Below are positions 17,309-26,479 of a DNA stretch of 42,281 bases, in pieces. The notes beneath the pieces were generated by a model that was not told where the DNA came from, searched no databases, and saw only the letters and a list, made by a program, of their open reading frames with translations. The position numbers and the translations under genes were made by a program. The DNA is from a virus (taxonomy: Duplodnaviria > Caudoviricetes), in IMG/VR virus record IMGVR_UViG_3300027790_000042, positions 1-42,281 of that record, one strand, 5' to 3'. Within the stretch, counting starts at the first letter, position 1, and every line of letters starts with the position of its first letter.

Positions 17309-17917
17309 CTAGTCCTTAGAAGGTTTAACGAATTCGTAGTGGAGGCACTTAGCGTTAGAGCACCTGTAGCATAGTGTTCCTTCTGGTACCTCCGGGTATT
17401 CTGGGGGAGGGCGTCTTTCGAATTCTGAGCCCTCGCACCGTTCACAGATGGGAGGTAGTTTTCCACGAAGAACAACGCCGTGTCCTTTCGGCTTGGCCTT
17501 CCGAATCACCCGCTGTAAGGATTTGCGGAGGTTCTCTGTATTGAGTACCTGCCGGTTCTCCTGTACGTGTATCGGGTATACGACCAGAGGTTTCCGGGTG
17601 CTGATGTCGCGGGAGTCCAGGTTCACGGGAGAGTCTCCGCTGTCTTTACCGGCTTCGCCGGGGACAGAGGTCCTCATTTTTTTGATTGTTCCCTCTGCAC
17701 CATTCTCACCCGGGACATGCATCTCTACCATACCGACACGTTCTGTCACACCGTCATCTATCAATAGCATAGTATCGATTTCGAACATGACAGAGTGCGG
17801 AGAGGTGCACATCTGCTTTCCGAACGTACCACGGGCGACCGCCTTGCCTTTCTCGTTGAGGAAAAACAAGACGACCATCCCATAGGTCTCGACGATTTTT
17901 TGCTGTGTTGCATTCAT
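17309..17917 (-). CDS. Hypothetical protein; N-term resembles the neighbouring 121-aa protein, C-term Zn ribbon
   Basis: GGAGG SD; CERC...CYRCSNAKC. Confidence 0.7.
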   Translation of the reverse strand: MNATQQKIVETYGMVVLFFLNEKGKAVARGTFGKQMCTSPHSVMFEIDTMLLIDDGVTERVGMVEMHVPGENGAEGTIKKMRTSVPGEAGKDSGDSPVNLDSRDISTRKPLVVYPIHVQENRQVLNTENLRKSLQRVIRKAKPKGHGVVLRGKLPPICERCEGSEFERRPPPEYPEVPEGTLCYRCSNAKCLHYEFVKPSKD

Positions 17918-17943
17918 GGAAAAACTACCTCCCAGTAGCGTAC

Positions 17944-18309
17944 TTAGGTTGCGGGTAGGGTCATGGTGAGCGAGGTCACCGATACCGTGTCACCAGCGCC
18001 AATAGTAAGCGAGGTAAGTTCAAAGTCCCCGCCTCCAGAGGTCACAGTACACGTCGCCTCCAATACTTCCGCCGCTCCAGACGTAAAGAACTTTGCGTGG
18101 TCAATTACGCCACCGGTGGCGCTGGAGTCGTCCGTAATCGAGTTGGCAGTAATAGTGCCAGTCGACCCGGAACCGAACGCAGTAGCGCCGAACGTACAGG
18201 TGGCTACCTCCACGTCTCCGGAAGTCTGGAATTCGATAGTACCACTATTACATAGGGCACCGATTGCTTCAATACCGGCGTTTCTCGCCGCAGCTGTCAA
18301 GGTTGCCAT
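17944..18309 (-). CDS. Small Thr/Gly/Ala-rich beta-structured virion protein (fibre or decoration subunit)
   Basis: TLTAAARNA...GDFELTSLTIGAGDTVSVTSLT pattern, common in phage structural regions; AAGGAG SD. Confidence 0.7.
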   Translation of the reverse strand: MATLTAAARNAGIEAIGALCNSGTIEFQTSGDVEVATCTFGATAFGSGSTGTITANSITDDSSATGGVIDHAKFFTSGAAEVLEATCTVTSGGGDFELTSLTIGAGDTVSVTSLTMTLPAT

Positions 18310-18314
18310 AAGGC

Positions 18315-18692
18315 TCATTCTCCTTTTAGTTTCGTGACCTCTGAAAGGTCTACAGGTGTATGAAGAGAGCACCCATTACACGGGAGCCCATTGACAGTCT
18401 CCACCATACGATTCACTGCCGCAGTCATAGATTCCGCTGCGACAACAGATGCCTGTATGGCTAGACTGGACTTTTCTAATGCATCCAAAAGAATGGTGCG
18501 TTGCCACTCCAATCCGTCCGAAATAACCTTCGCAAGTTCTGCCTCCCGTGCCGACGTTTCTTGTTCGCGTCGGAGTAGTTCCACATCTCGCCGCTTGTCC
18601 CACTCCTGCAACTTACGCAGGAGGTAGAAGCACGCAATACCTAAAGCGGCAGGCTGCGTTGCGATTTGTAAGAATGACTCAATGTCTTGCAT
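18315..18692 (-). CDS. Holin-like membrane protein (single N-terminal TM segment plus coiled coil)
   Basis: FLQIATQPAALGIACFYLL followed by a charged helical region. Confidence 0.5.
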   Translation of the reverse strand: MQDIESFLQIATQPAALGIACFYLLRKLQEWDKRRDVELLRREQETSAREAELAKVISDGLEWQRTILLDALEKSSLAIQASVVAAESMTAAVNRMVETVNGLPCNGCSLHTPVDLSEVTKLKGE

Positions 18693-18705
18693 GTAATCTG
18701 TCTTT

Positions 18706-18897
18706 CTACGGAGTTGGAATAAGGATAAAGTCGCCGATTTCGAGGTCTTCATCCGCGTCAATAAGAAACTCTATCTCGGGACCATGGACCTGTACATCTA
18801 CCCATAACTGCGTAGCAGACCCGATCTCCGAGTTGGACCCTTCGCCGTCGAAGTGTTTCGTCGGCCTATACTGTCTTACTGGAGTCTGTGCTTGCAC
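18706..18897 (-). CDS. Truncated head-closure (stopper)-like protein, N-terminal part (63 aa)
   Basis: GTG coupled to the connector stop (TAGTG); YRPTKHFDGEG...LWVDV...FLIDADEDLEIGDFILI; directly after the head-tail connector gene. Confidence 0.6.
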   Translation of the reverse strand: MQAQTPVRQYRPTKHFDGEGSNSEIGSATQLWVDVQVHGPEIEFLIDADEDLEIGDFILIPTP

Positions 18898-19439
18898 TAG
18901 CAGAACCTTCCAAGAGAGTACGGACGGAGCATTGTCATTAGGCTGGAATCCATAAGACCCTGCCAAGAAATACCGCCGGCCGCTGGTGAATTCTGGGAGG
19001 AGGCGTCCGGAGTGTTGTTCCAGTACCTCGCAAAGAGTTGGAGCATCGGGACTTTCAGGCCGGCAGGAATGTTCCCGTCGTACCCTCCGGTGTATACCAC
19101 CTCCCACCGTTTCCGGCCAGAAGACCAGAACCGTTGCGCTTGGGTAGTTTCTTTCTCAATCCCACGATTGTCGAGCATGTAGTTATCAGAGGATTCTACT
19201 GCGTCGTTTGTCTTATCCGTTACGGATGTGATCTCGGTCACCGGGAGCCGTGACAGGTACAAGAGGGAATGTCCACCGTCTACCCGTTCCGTTATAGTGT
19301 CCGAGGTGAAAGTCACGCCGAGCTCTCCCGCTAGCCACTCTTCTTGCGAGTCCAGGATCGCCTGAATATGTACGTCCGACACTGTAGAAGAGAGTCGGAT
19401 GGCGGACTTAGCTTCCGCTAGTGTTATGACGTTTGACAT
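18897..19439 (-). CDS. Head-tail connector / adaptor (HK97 gp6-like, with insertion domain)
   Basis: ITLAEAKSAIRL, LPVTEITSV, VVYTGGY...IPAGLK, MLRPY. Confidence 0.85.
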   Translation of the reverse strand: MSNVITLAEAKSAIRLSSTVSDVHIQAILDSQEEWLAGELGVTFTSDTITERVDGGHSLLYLSRLPVTEITSVTDKTNDAVESSDNYMLDNRGIEKETTQAQRFWSSGRKRWEVVYTGGYDGNIPAGLKVPMLQLFARYWNNTPDASSQNSPAAGGISWQGLMDSSLMTMLRPYSLGRFC

Positions 19440-19635
19440 ACTGTGCTAGTCCTCTGGAGACAAACTGTTGCGCGGCTACGGCAGGGATGCGGTACTTCTT
19501 CCCTGTCTTTAATGGAGTCTGCCCATATTTGATTGTGGTAAGCATTTTGATATGCGCCAGCTTGGGTTTCTGAGATCCGAAAACGAACCTTTCCGCGCTT
19601 GGGCTATCCTCTGTCTGCGTTGTCTGTTCTTCCAT
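19408..19635 (-). CDS. Small protein following the capsid gene
   Basis: GGAGG SD; LKTGKKYRIPAVAAQQFVSRGLAQYV pattern typical of post-capsid small genes. Confidence 0.7.
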   Translation of the reverse strand: MEEQTTQTEDSPSAERFVFGSQKPKLAHIKMLTTIKYGQTPLKTGKKYRIPAVAAQQFVSRGLAQYVKRHNTSGS

Positions 19636-19725
19636 TTCAATTTACCTCCCGGTGCCCCGGGACGATGGGGAGGTACACCATCCCGGGGCGGGTTACGGTC
19701 ACCAGTAGGGAACCGAACTCTGTGG

Positions 19726-21267
19726 TTACGCCGGATCCGTCAGTACGGCAAAGTGCTGCGGGTAGATACACTTACCGCCCGTGAAACACATCATCCGGAA
19801 CACCGTCCGACCACTCTTAAACGAGACATGGTCCGAACGTGCGATGGTGATTTCCTCCTCCATCGCGAAGGCGTAGTTCTTGGGGTTACCAAAGACCACA
19901 TCGCCTTCCACACCCAATTCCAGCGGGGTCCCCAACTCGGCACCGTACTCGTGCGCCGTGTAATTGTGACCCGCCAGAAGATTGCGGATATTGGAGTGTA
20001 CGTCCGCAGTATAGATGGGACGGTCGTCAGTGTCCACCTGCTGTTTGAGATACTTTTCAGCAGTGTCGTGGACCCAGAACTCACCCGAACGGCGCTGCGC
20101 CATAGGTACAGCGTATTCCAGGTTCGTAAGATCCGCCCAACTCACCTGCGTAGCGATGGCGCGCTGAACTGTGGTCTTGCCTGCAGCCTGCAGAATACCC
20201 TCCGGACGATTTGTCCCGGAACCGTACAGGACCATGCGAGACCATTCGGCCTGCGCAGCAGTACGGAACAGACGCATAATCAAGCTCTGGAGCTCGATCG
20301 AGGACCGGCGCATAGCGGTGTTGGACAACTCAGTCCACCCGGACAGTTCGTCGGTAGTAAGGGTAAAGTTAGTGAACACGGGTTCCGTCTCACCCTTGTC
20401 CGCTCCTTCAGTAGCCTTCCACGTGAAAGCAACTCCGCCCTGTGCTCCCGCCGTAGCCTGATCCAGCATGGGCCATTCGACCGAGCCATTGATACTACGG
20501 AAGTGCGAACACTTCGAGTAGAGGGAGGGTTCCTCTACCGCATATTCCAACAGTTGGGGCCGGAAGTCTGGGGCGAGGAGGTTGTTCGCCCCGGAGTCGG
20601 TAGAACCACCCGTGGCATCCGTGGAAAGGATCACTTTACCGCTGAGAGGGTCCTGCAACATCCCAACCCCGCCAAATTGGAGGGACTTGGCACGCATGAC
20701 CTCTGCCATGAACTCCGGCACCCGGACAGTATGTTCTTTCGAGGAGCGGGACTTGGCAGATGCTCGGGCGGAGGGGGCCAACGCCGCCAGCGCCTCTCCC
20801 TCGATCGCGCCCGGTCCCAAGGCAACCCAGTCGGAGAAGATTTTACCCTTCAACATCTGGTCCTTGGCGTAGTTCGGAACGATCTCAATCGTACCGAAGT
20901 CCGAGCGCGCGATCTGGTCCGTCTTGGCCTCGTACGTAAATTCTCCAGACTTCTTTCCTCCCGTGGTCTTACCATGGGAGCCCGGATCCCCCTCGGTACC
21001 ATCCTCTTCCGTGGAAGCGTTCAGGTTACCGACAGGTTTCGGGGTGTGAAAAGCGCGCGCTTCGGTAATGGCATTGTCAGCCGCGGCCAACGCTTTCGCG
21101 TCTTCCACCTGCTCCTTCAGGCCGTTAAATTCCGCGGACTTTTTCTCAAAAAGCACTTTGTATTCTCCACGCTTTTCGTCATTGTCCGCTTTATTCATTT
21201 TGCCGTGGTACTCTTTCATGAGAGTAGCGGCGTCTCCCATCTGGGAGATCAGTTCTTCGAGGTCCAT
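19726..21267 (-). CDS. Major capsid protein, HK97 fold with N-terminal delta (scaffold) domain
   Basis: Coiled-coil N-term; WKATEGADKGET, LYGSGTNRPEGIL, DTDDRPI, VVFGNPKNY. Confidence 0.93.
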   Translation of the reverse strand: MDLEELISQMGDAATLMKEYHGKMNKADNDEKRGEYKVLFEKKSAEFNGLKEQVEDAKALAAADNAITEARAFHTPKPVGNLNASTEEDGTEGDPGSHGKTTGGKKSGEFTYEAKTDQIARSDFGTIEIVPNYAKDQMLKGKIFSDWVALGPGAIEGEALAALAPSARASAKSRSSKEHTVRVPEFMAEVMRAKSLQFGGVGMLQDPLSGKVILSTDATGGSTDSGANNLLAPDFRPQLLEYAVEEPSLYSKCSHFRSINGSVEWPMLDQATAGAQGGVAFTWKATEGADKGETEPVFTNFTLTTDELSGWTELSNTAMRRSSIELQSLIMRLFRTAAQAEWSRMVLYGSGTNRPEGILQAAGKTTVQRAIATQVSWADLTNLEYAVPMAQRRSGEFWVHDTAEKYLKQQVDTDDRPIYTADVHSNIRNLLAGHNYTAHEYGAELGTPLELGVEGDVVFGNPKNYAFAMEEEITIARSDHVSFKSGRTVFRMMCFTGGKCIYPQHFAVLTDPA

Positions 21268-21280
21268 AATAGGATTCCTT

Positions 21281-22066
21281 CTATCGGTGGTTTCGTTGGG
21301 CGGTCTCTACAACGAGACCTGCCATGTATAGTTCGCACTCGTATAGGGTCTTCCCTGCCAGTTCGAGATCGGCGTCCCCGGAGTCGGTCTCCGGTTCTGT
21401 GTTCTCTGTGCTTGCTGGTTCTGGGGGAGGGGGAGTGCGTCGCCCTTCCAGACTTTGTACCAAGTCCTCTACACTCTTGCAGAGGGCTTGTATTCCGTCT
21501 AGTGCCACGGTGTCCGGTTCCGACTCCGAAGTAGTGGCGGCTAGTTGTGCGCGTAATGATTTGGCTCGGTGGATAACAGCCTCCTCGTTCATTGGACGAA
21601 CGGTGACAGTACCCTCGACGAGTCGGCATTCTTTGAGTTCCAAGATCCAGTCGTCCCCTTCCCGGACCTCCTCGTACCGCAGGAGCTGGAAGCCCACAGA
21701 CATCCCCCATACGATACCCTCGGTGATCTTGGTGTGGGTATCTTTTGCGAGCTGCACGCTGGACAGGTCCGCATGAATCCAAAGGCCGTAATCGTCCTCC
21801 CGCGCCTCGGTAATAAGTCCAATAGCGTCGGTGACATCTCCACCGTACGCAAAGTGTTTAACCATAAGAGGGACTTTGCCAGCGCGGACCCGTTCTTTGA
21901 TAGACTTGGCGAACGCGCCCTTGATAATACGGTCTCCGCCTTGGTCTACATTATCGAATACGGCAAGGTACCCTTCGATGTAGGGTTTACCCTCGGCCGT
22001 ATTCTTCGCCCGCAATTTCGAGTCAGGGCACTGTAGATTGTATTGTCTCTCACATACTGTTTCCAT
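21281..22066 (-). CDS. HK97-family prohead protease
   Basis: IEGYLAVFDNVDQGGDRIIKGAFAKSI, H...IG, EDDYGL, GMSVGF, LVEGTVT. Confidence 0.92.
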   Translation of the reverse strand: METVCERQYNLQCPDSKLRAKNTAEGKPYIEGYLAVFDNVDQGGDRIIKGAFAKSIKERVRAGKVPLMVKHFAYGGDVTDAIGLITEAREDDYGLWIHADLSSVQLAKDTHTKITEGIVWGMSVGFQLLRYEEVREGDDWILELKECRLVEGTVTVRPMNEEAVIHRAKSLRAQLAATTSESEPDTVALDGIQALCKSVEDLVQSLEGRRTPPPPEPASTENTEPETDSGDADLELAGKTLYECELYMAGLVVETAQRNHR

Positions 22067-22075
22067 GTTCACCTC

Positions 22076-22906
22076 TTATTGTGCGGGTAGTACGGTGCAG
22101 CGGCAGTGTGGGTGCAGTGGGGAATGCTGCACGTCCACTCCGGACTTGTACGTACCACCTTCTAGTCCCTCGACCGAATCGCCTTTGCCTACAATTGTCG
22201 TGCGGAGTCCGAACGTCTTACCATCCATAGCCATACAGAACTCGCATGTCGAATCGTCGTCTGTCGCGCTCCACTCGAACGCCGAGAATCCTGTAGCCTC
22301 GTATTGTGTTATGGCTCCCTCATTGTAAGTCCAATTTGTAGTCGTACGAGCCATAAGGGTAGCGCGCTGCTTAGTCAGAGCCGCGCCATGCTCTATAAGG
22401 GTTTGCGCTATTGCGGTGTGTGGGGCACCTTGCTGTATACCGGCCTTCACTATGTCTTCCATAGCGTTGGCAGTGGCCGCTGCCTCGTACCGGGAGGTCT
22501 CTTCGATCCACTTTCCAAGCGCGGGTTCCATCTGTTTGGCGAGTAGCCAGTCGGAGCCGAACTGTTCGGCATCTATCTGAATTGCCTTCGCGGCCACCGG
22601 GAGGACCAACGGATTCCCATAGGTATGTATGAACGTCTTGTTGCCTAGGAGGGTCCCTGCCAGCTTATAGGCGTCGATCGCGAGTGGGAACGCCCACCGG
22701 GCCTTGATTTCGGAGAACTCCTGTTCTAGCGCAACCTCAGCAGCGGCTATGACATCCATACCCTCTCCGCCAATCTCTACAGCGTCCGCTACACGTTGAA
22801 CAGTCTGGGCGATGGGAGGCGTGAGAGCACGTGCGAGGTGCCTTGTACTCACCTCGGCCTTCTTACTAATAGCCCAGAATACTCTAGGTGCGGGGATAGT
22901 TAACAC
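22076..22906 (-). CDS. Minor head protein (Mu gpF / SPP1 gp7-like)
   Basis: RATLMART, EWSATDD..TCEFC..MDG, PLHPHCRC. Confidence 0.88.
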   Translation of the reverse strand: MLTIPAPRVFWAISKKAEVSTRHLARALTPPIAQTVQRVADAVEIGGEGMDVIAAAEVALEQEFSEIKARWAFPLAIDAYKLAGTLLGNKTFIHTYGNPLVLPVAAKAIQIDAEQFGSDWLLAKQMEPALGKWIEETSRYEAAATANAMEDIVKAGIQQGAPHTAIAQTLIEHGAALTKQRATLMARTTTNWTYNEGAITQYEATGFSAFEWSATDDDSTCEFCMAMDGKTFGLRTTIVGKGDSVEGLEGGTYKSGVDVQHSPLHPHCRCTVLPAQ

Positions 22907-23166
22907 TGGTTCAATTTCTCCCCGAGAACTCTGATCTGTGCCCGCTGCTGTGCAAGAATTTGGTCCTTCTCATTAAGGTCTCGTTGCCGAGACTCCGCCA
23001 ACGCCTCCCAATGGTGTATATCCTGTTTCATTTCTCGGAGGCGCATGCTTAACGCTTTACCATAACTGAAACAGGTTTTAGGCCCGTTTGCGCTCGTGCA
23101 ATCCACGTTCTCGAAGTACTGGACTGCCGCATTAACTACACGGGGGTCTAACTTACTGTTATTCAT
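22900..23166 (-). CDS. Hypothetical coiled-coil protein (88 aa)
   Basis: ATG 23166 just inside the portal 3' end; fills the gap between portal and minor head genes. Confidence 0.6.
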   Translation of the reverse strand: MNNSKLDPRVVNAAVQYFENVDCTSANGPKTCFSYGKALSMRLREMKQDIHHWEALAESRQRDLNEKDQILAQQRAQIRVLGEKLNQC

Positions 23167-24487
23167 CGGTCTCTTCGGCATTCTCGTCCGTCCCTTCCTC
23201 GTCTTCATCCTCGTCTTCCTCGTCTTCTGGGGCGAGGAGTTGGGGGGTTCGTTCTTGGGCCTTCTGGAATTCCTCTTCCTCAATCTCTTCCAACTCGTCC
23301 GGGTCGTATCCCAATTCGAGTTGCGCGGTCCGCTTGGGAATGATACCTGCGTTGTACTCCCCTACGATCCGGGTAGACTTGGCGTTGAGATCCTCTTGGA
23401 ACTCATTCATTAGGTCATACCGGAATCGGAACTGTAGTCCCGTGACCCGTTCAGACCGTAATAGTCCACGGGTAAGCATCTGCCCATAGGTGTTCCACTT
23501 GGGTTTCAGGGTCTCCCGGTAGAACGACTTGCGCGCCTCGGCGTAATTGGCGTAGGTAGCCTTCGAGATACCGAAACGAGTACCGACAATAATTTGCGGG
23601 ACTCCGTAGGACATACAGATACGGGACTCTGTCGAACTTGAGTAGTTAGGCCAGTCCATGTCCTTAAGTGGGTTCTGCATGTTGACCTCGGCGTCCCCCT
23701 CAATAAGAAGAGGGTTGCCACGCCGCCCACGTCCGATAGCGTTGTCAATGTCCTGCTTTACCTGCTCTCGGTTTCGGGCATTAATACCAGACTTGCCGAT
23801 AATAACCAACCCGGCGACCTTGAGATTAAGCAACATTTCGGCAATGTAGTTTTCACGCTCCACGTCTAAGGCGATATCTCGACCTGCCGCATGGGTAGGC
23901 GCACACCCTCCCCAGACTTTGTCCGGGGCCATGTACTGTCCGACCACTAGGTCGTTGAACGGTACCGGGGAAGCCTCCCCCTTTATTCGATAACTTTCTA
24001 CTAGGTCCATCCCCTTGCTTTGATACTTAGGGGTGACCCACGACGTAGGGTATGGGAGGAGTCCGCGCACTCCACTGGAGGCACGTAGTTTCCGGATATA
24101 CGAGATGCCAGACAACTCCATCCGCATGCACCAAGCGTGTAAGAGTTCGTTCTGACTCATAAACGGGTTAGGCTCCGCCAGTAGGTCCAGGGCGGGGTGT
24201 GCGTCGAGTGGGTTCCATTCCTTGTTTTTATCGTAAGACCCAATCTCCAGAGGACATTCCGAGATGGAGGTGGCGATCTCATCCACGCACGCCTTCACTA
24301 CCGGGTTGTTATACGCTTCCTCTGTATCCTCTACAGACAGGACTTTGAAAATGTCATCGGAGTCTACCCACTGGTTCGGCCAGTGCCCGGAAAGGAGGCT
24401 CCACCCACGGGGGTCCCTGCCGACAATGTCTTCGACAGACTTTGCCTGCGGAGTACTACCACCGATCTGTATACCGAAAAAATTCAT
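23159..24487 (-). CDS. Portal protein (HK97 family)
   Basis: VKACVDEIATSIS, HPALDLLAEPNPFMS, ICMSYGVPQIIVG, ATYANYAEARKSFY; ATG overlaps the terL stop (ATGA); acidic tail. Confidence 0.93.
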   Translation of the reverse strand: MNFFGIQIGGSTPQAKSVEDIVGRDPRGWSLLSGHWPNQWVDSDDIFKVLSVEDTEEAYNNPVVKACVDEIATSISECPLEIGSYDKNKEWNPLDAHPALDLLAEPNPFMSQNELLHAWCMRMELSGISYIRKLRASSGVRGLLPYPTSWVTPKYQSKGMDLVESYRIKGEASPVPFNDLVVGQYMAPDKVWGGCAPTHAAGRDIALDVERENYIAEMLLNLKVAGLVIIGKSGINARNREQVKQDIDNAIGRGRRGNPLLIEGDAEVNMQNPLKDMDWPNYSSSTESRICMSYGVPQIIVGTRFGISKATYANYAEARKSFYRETLKPKWNTYGQMLTRGLLRSERVTGLQFRFRYDLMNEFQEDLNAKSTRIVGEYNAGIIPKRTAQLELGYDPDELEEIEEEEFQKAQERTPQLLAPEDEEDEDEDEEGTDENAEETDE

Positions 24488-25821
24488 GCAACACGTCCTA
24501 TCGTCATCGGTCCTTCGATCTCCATTAGCCGGGTAGTAGCCCACACCTTGGCGTCCATACGGTCCGGGGAGTCCTGTTCCTCCTCTTTCAGCTGAGGATT
24601 CCAGTCTATTTGCTGCGCCTCCAGAAGGGAGAACATACCCCAATGGCGGTCCCGCTTTTGCTGCGCCAATTGCGCTACGGGCTCGGCGCGCTTGGTCTTA
24701 CCACGGGTCGCGAACACAATCTCCACGGGTACATCTGGGTCCTCGTTATGTATAATCGCCCGCACCATGTCTCCACCGTTATTCCCTTCCCCTACGACCT
24801 CATCTGCCTTCCACTTGTTAAACACTTCAACCACTTTAGCGCCCCACTCTTCCGGGGTCGCCGCGGTCATAGTGGCGTCCTCTAACGTGTAGTAGACCGG
24901 AGGGTCCGAGTAGTCCCGGGCGCATACCACTATGCCAGTCTCGTCGCTGGTCTCCTTCGCAGTTACGGCCGGATCCACTCCTACGACGATACGCTCGAAT
25001 TCTGGGAGGCGGTGTTCTGGTACATTGATCCGGTTTGCGTCGATCCAGTCCATCTCCCACAGGGCGTTCGGGTTGTCGTCGAGGATCTCCGCATTAATCT
25101 CCTGCCTTCCGAGGCGGGTGTTTTCAAACTTGGTAATGACACGTTTGTAGAATATCGGGGATAAGTTCTTTACGTTGTCATACGTGGTCCCTGTGGTAAC
25201 GACCAGACCTTCATAGGTCAGTACCTCCTTGACAAGCTTAGTAGCCCGTGGAGTGGACGTTATAATGACACGGGGAGCCGGTCCGACCCGTACACAGAAC
25301 TGAAGAAGTTCCCACGCATGGGGGAACCGCCAAGCGGCCAACTCGTCCGCCCATGCCGCCTCGAAGTTAGGGCCTCGGAACTTTTCAGGCTTCTCCGCAG
25401 AGTAGCACTTGGCTTTCATACCGGGACGGACAGCGATTACGTCCCCGTCCTCGTTGTATACCTTGCGGTCCGGCCATTGGAGGATGTGGCTGCTCTTGTT
25501 ATACATGGGCATGTTATTTGGTGGACAGACGTTGTAAATACCGGAGGGACCTTCCAGCATAACCGTTTCCACGTCGTCGTATGTGGGGGCTATGAGGGCG
25601 ATGTACTTGTACACACCCTTTTCAGCCCACTCCCGGACCTTCTCCGCACCGGCGCGTGTTTTACCCGAACCACGGCCAGCGCAATAGAACCAGTAGGTCC
25701 AATCCACGTCGTCCGAAACGTGTTGCTCCGGACGCCGGTGCATAGACCAGCGGTACTTGATCTCCTGCAGAAGAGCTGCGCGCTCTTCGCGGGTATGTGG
25801 AAAATCAAGCATTCGGGTCAC
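24484..25821 (-). CDS. terL: Terminase large subunit
   Basis: Walker A AGRGSGKT, Walker B AWADE, ITSTP, nuclease motifs VVGVDPA, DETGIVV, SPDRMDA. Confidence 0.96.
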   Translation of the reverse strand: MTRMLDFPHTREERAALLQEIKYRWSMHRRPEQHVSDDVDWTYWFYCAGRGSGKTRAGAEKVREWAEKGVYKYIALIAPTYDDVETVMLEGPSGIYNVCPPNNMPMYNKSSHILQWPDRKVYNEDGDVIAVRPGMKAKCYSAEKPEKFRGPNFEAAWADELAAWRFPHAWELLQFCVRVGPAPRVIITSTPRATKLVKEVLTYEGLVVTTGTTYDNVKNLSPIFYKRVITKFENTRLGRQEINAEILDDNPNALWEMDWIDANRINVPEHRLPEFERIVVGVDPAVTAKETSDETGIVVCARDYSDPPVYYTLEDATMTAATPEEWGAKVVEVFNKWKADEVVGEGNNGGDMVRAIIHNEDPDVPVEIVFATRGKTKRAEPVAQLAQQKRDRHWGMFSLLEAQQIDWNPQLKEEEQDSPDRMDAKVWATTRLMEIEGPMTIGRVA

Positions 25822-26297
25822 TGGTCTACGCCTCCCTCTAATTCCAAGGTCTTACCATAATTGCGGCCACGTACACGACATCCTCGTGGGTAGACCGGAG
25901 TAGCCTTTACAGGAATGACTCCGTTCGCGTGGTCTCGTATGTCCCGGTCTAACTTGTCCAGCACCATCTGCTGTACTACCTGCATGGCGTCAATAACATC
26001 GTCGGAGTATTTCGGGCACTCCGGTGTCACCGAGATACGGGTATTTCGAAACTCCCAATTCTGGAGGGAGGGGTTGACCCGCTCCACGTTCCCGGAACAC
26101 GTGTATTGCTGGTCCGGGTTGCGTCGAAACTGGAACTCGTTATGCGCTTTGACATGCGCAACGAAATCCTCAATAGCCCCTTCCCCTTCTGTGGGGTCCG
26201 GAGCCTCTCCGGAAAAGTGGAGATCCGGACTACGGAGGTGAGGTTCCCCGCGAAGGGGCAGTGGGTCTGTGTTGTATTTGATAAAGTACTCATTCAT
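25818..26297 (-). CDS. Hypothetical protein between terS and terL
   Basis: Coupled at both ends (ATGA, GTGA). Confidence 0.65.
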   Translation of the reverse strand: MNEYFIKYNTDPLPLRGEPHLRSPDLHFSGEAPDPTEGEGAIEDFVAHVKAHNEFQFRRNPDQQYTCSGNVERVNPSLQNWEFRNTRISVTPECPKYSDDVIDAMQVVQQMVLDKLDRDIRDHANGVIPVKATPVYPRGCRVRGRNYGKTLELEGGVDQ

Positions 26298-26479
26298 GCC
26301 AGCCACCGTATCACCACGATAGCGATCCCAGCGGCCGCACAGGCGAAGGCAGTCTGCAGGAGTACGGCGATCTGTTCCTGCCGCTTCTCATACTCGGCGT
26401 CCATACGGTCTCGTTCCGCCTGCCGGCTGTTGAAATATTCGTCCAACTCTTGAGTCCATTCTTTTCGGCTGTGGTTCAT
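26294..26479 (-). CDS. Small membrane-anchored protein
   Basis: ATGA-coupled; C-terminal hydrophobic helix. Confidence 0.65.
   Translation of the reverse strand: MNHSRKEWTQELDEYFNSRQAERDRMDAEYEKRQEQIAVLLQTAFACAAAGIAIVVIRWLA

Noticed and set aside
15450-18705. Insertion in the head-closure gene as a self-splicing intron or mobile element
   Set aside because: No homing endonuclease, reverse transcriptase, recombinase, terminal repeats or intron core is visible; the content looks structural.
19552-21534. 660-aa plus-strand ORF
   Set aside because: It is the antisense shadow of the capsid and protease genes, with no recognisable motifs, promoter or SD. The same applies to the other long plus-strand ORFs (e.g. 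11631-12368, 16009-16803, 40880-41680).
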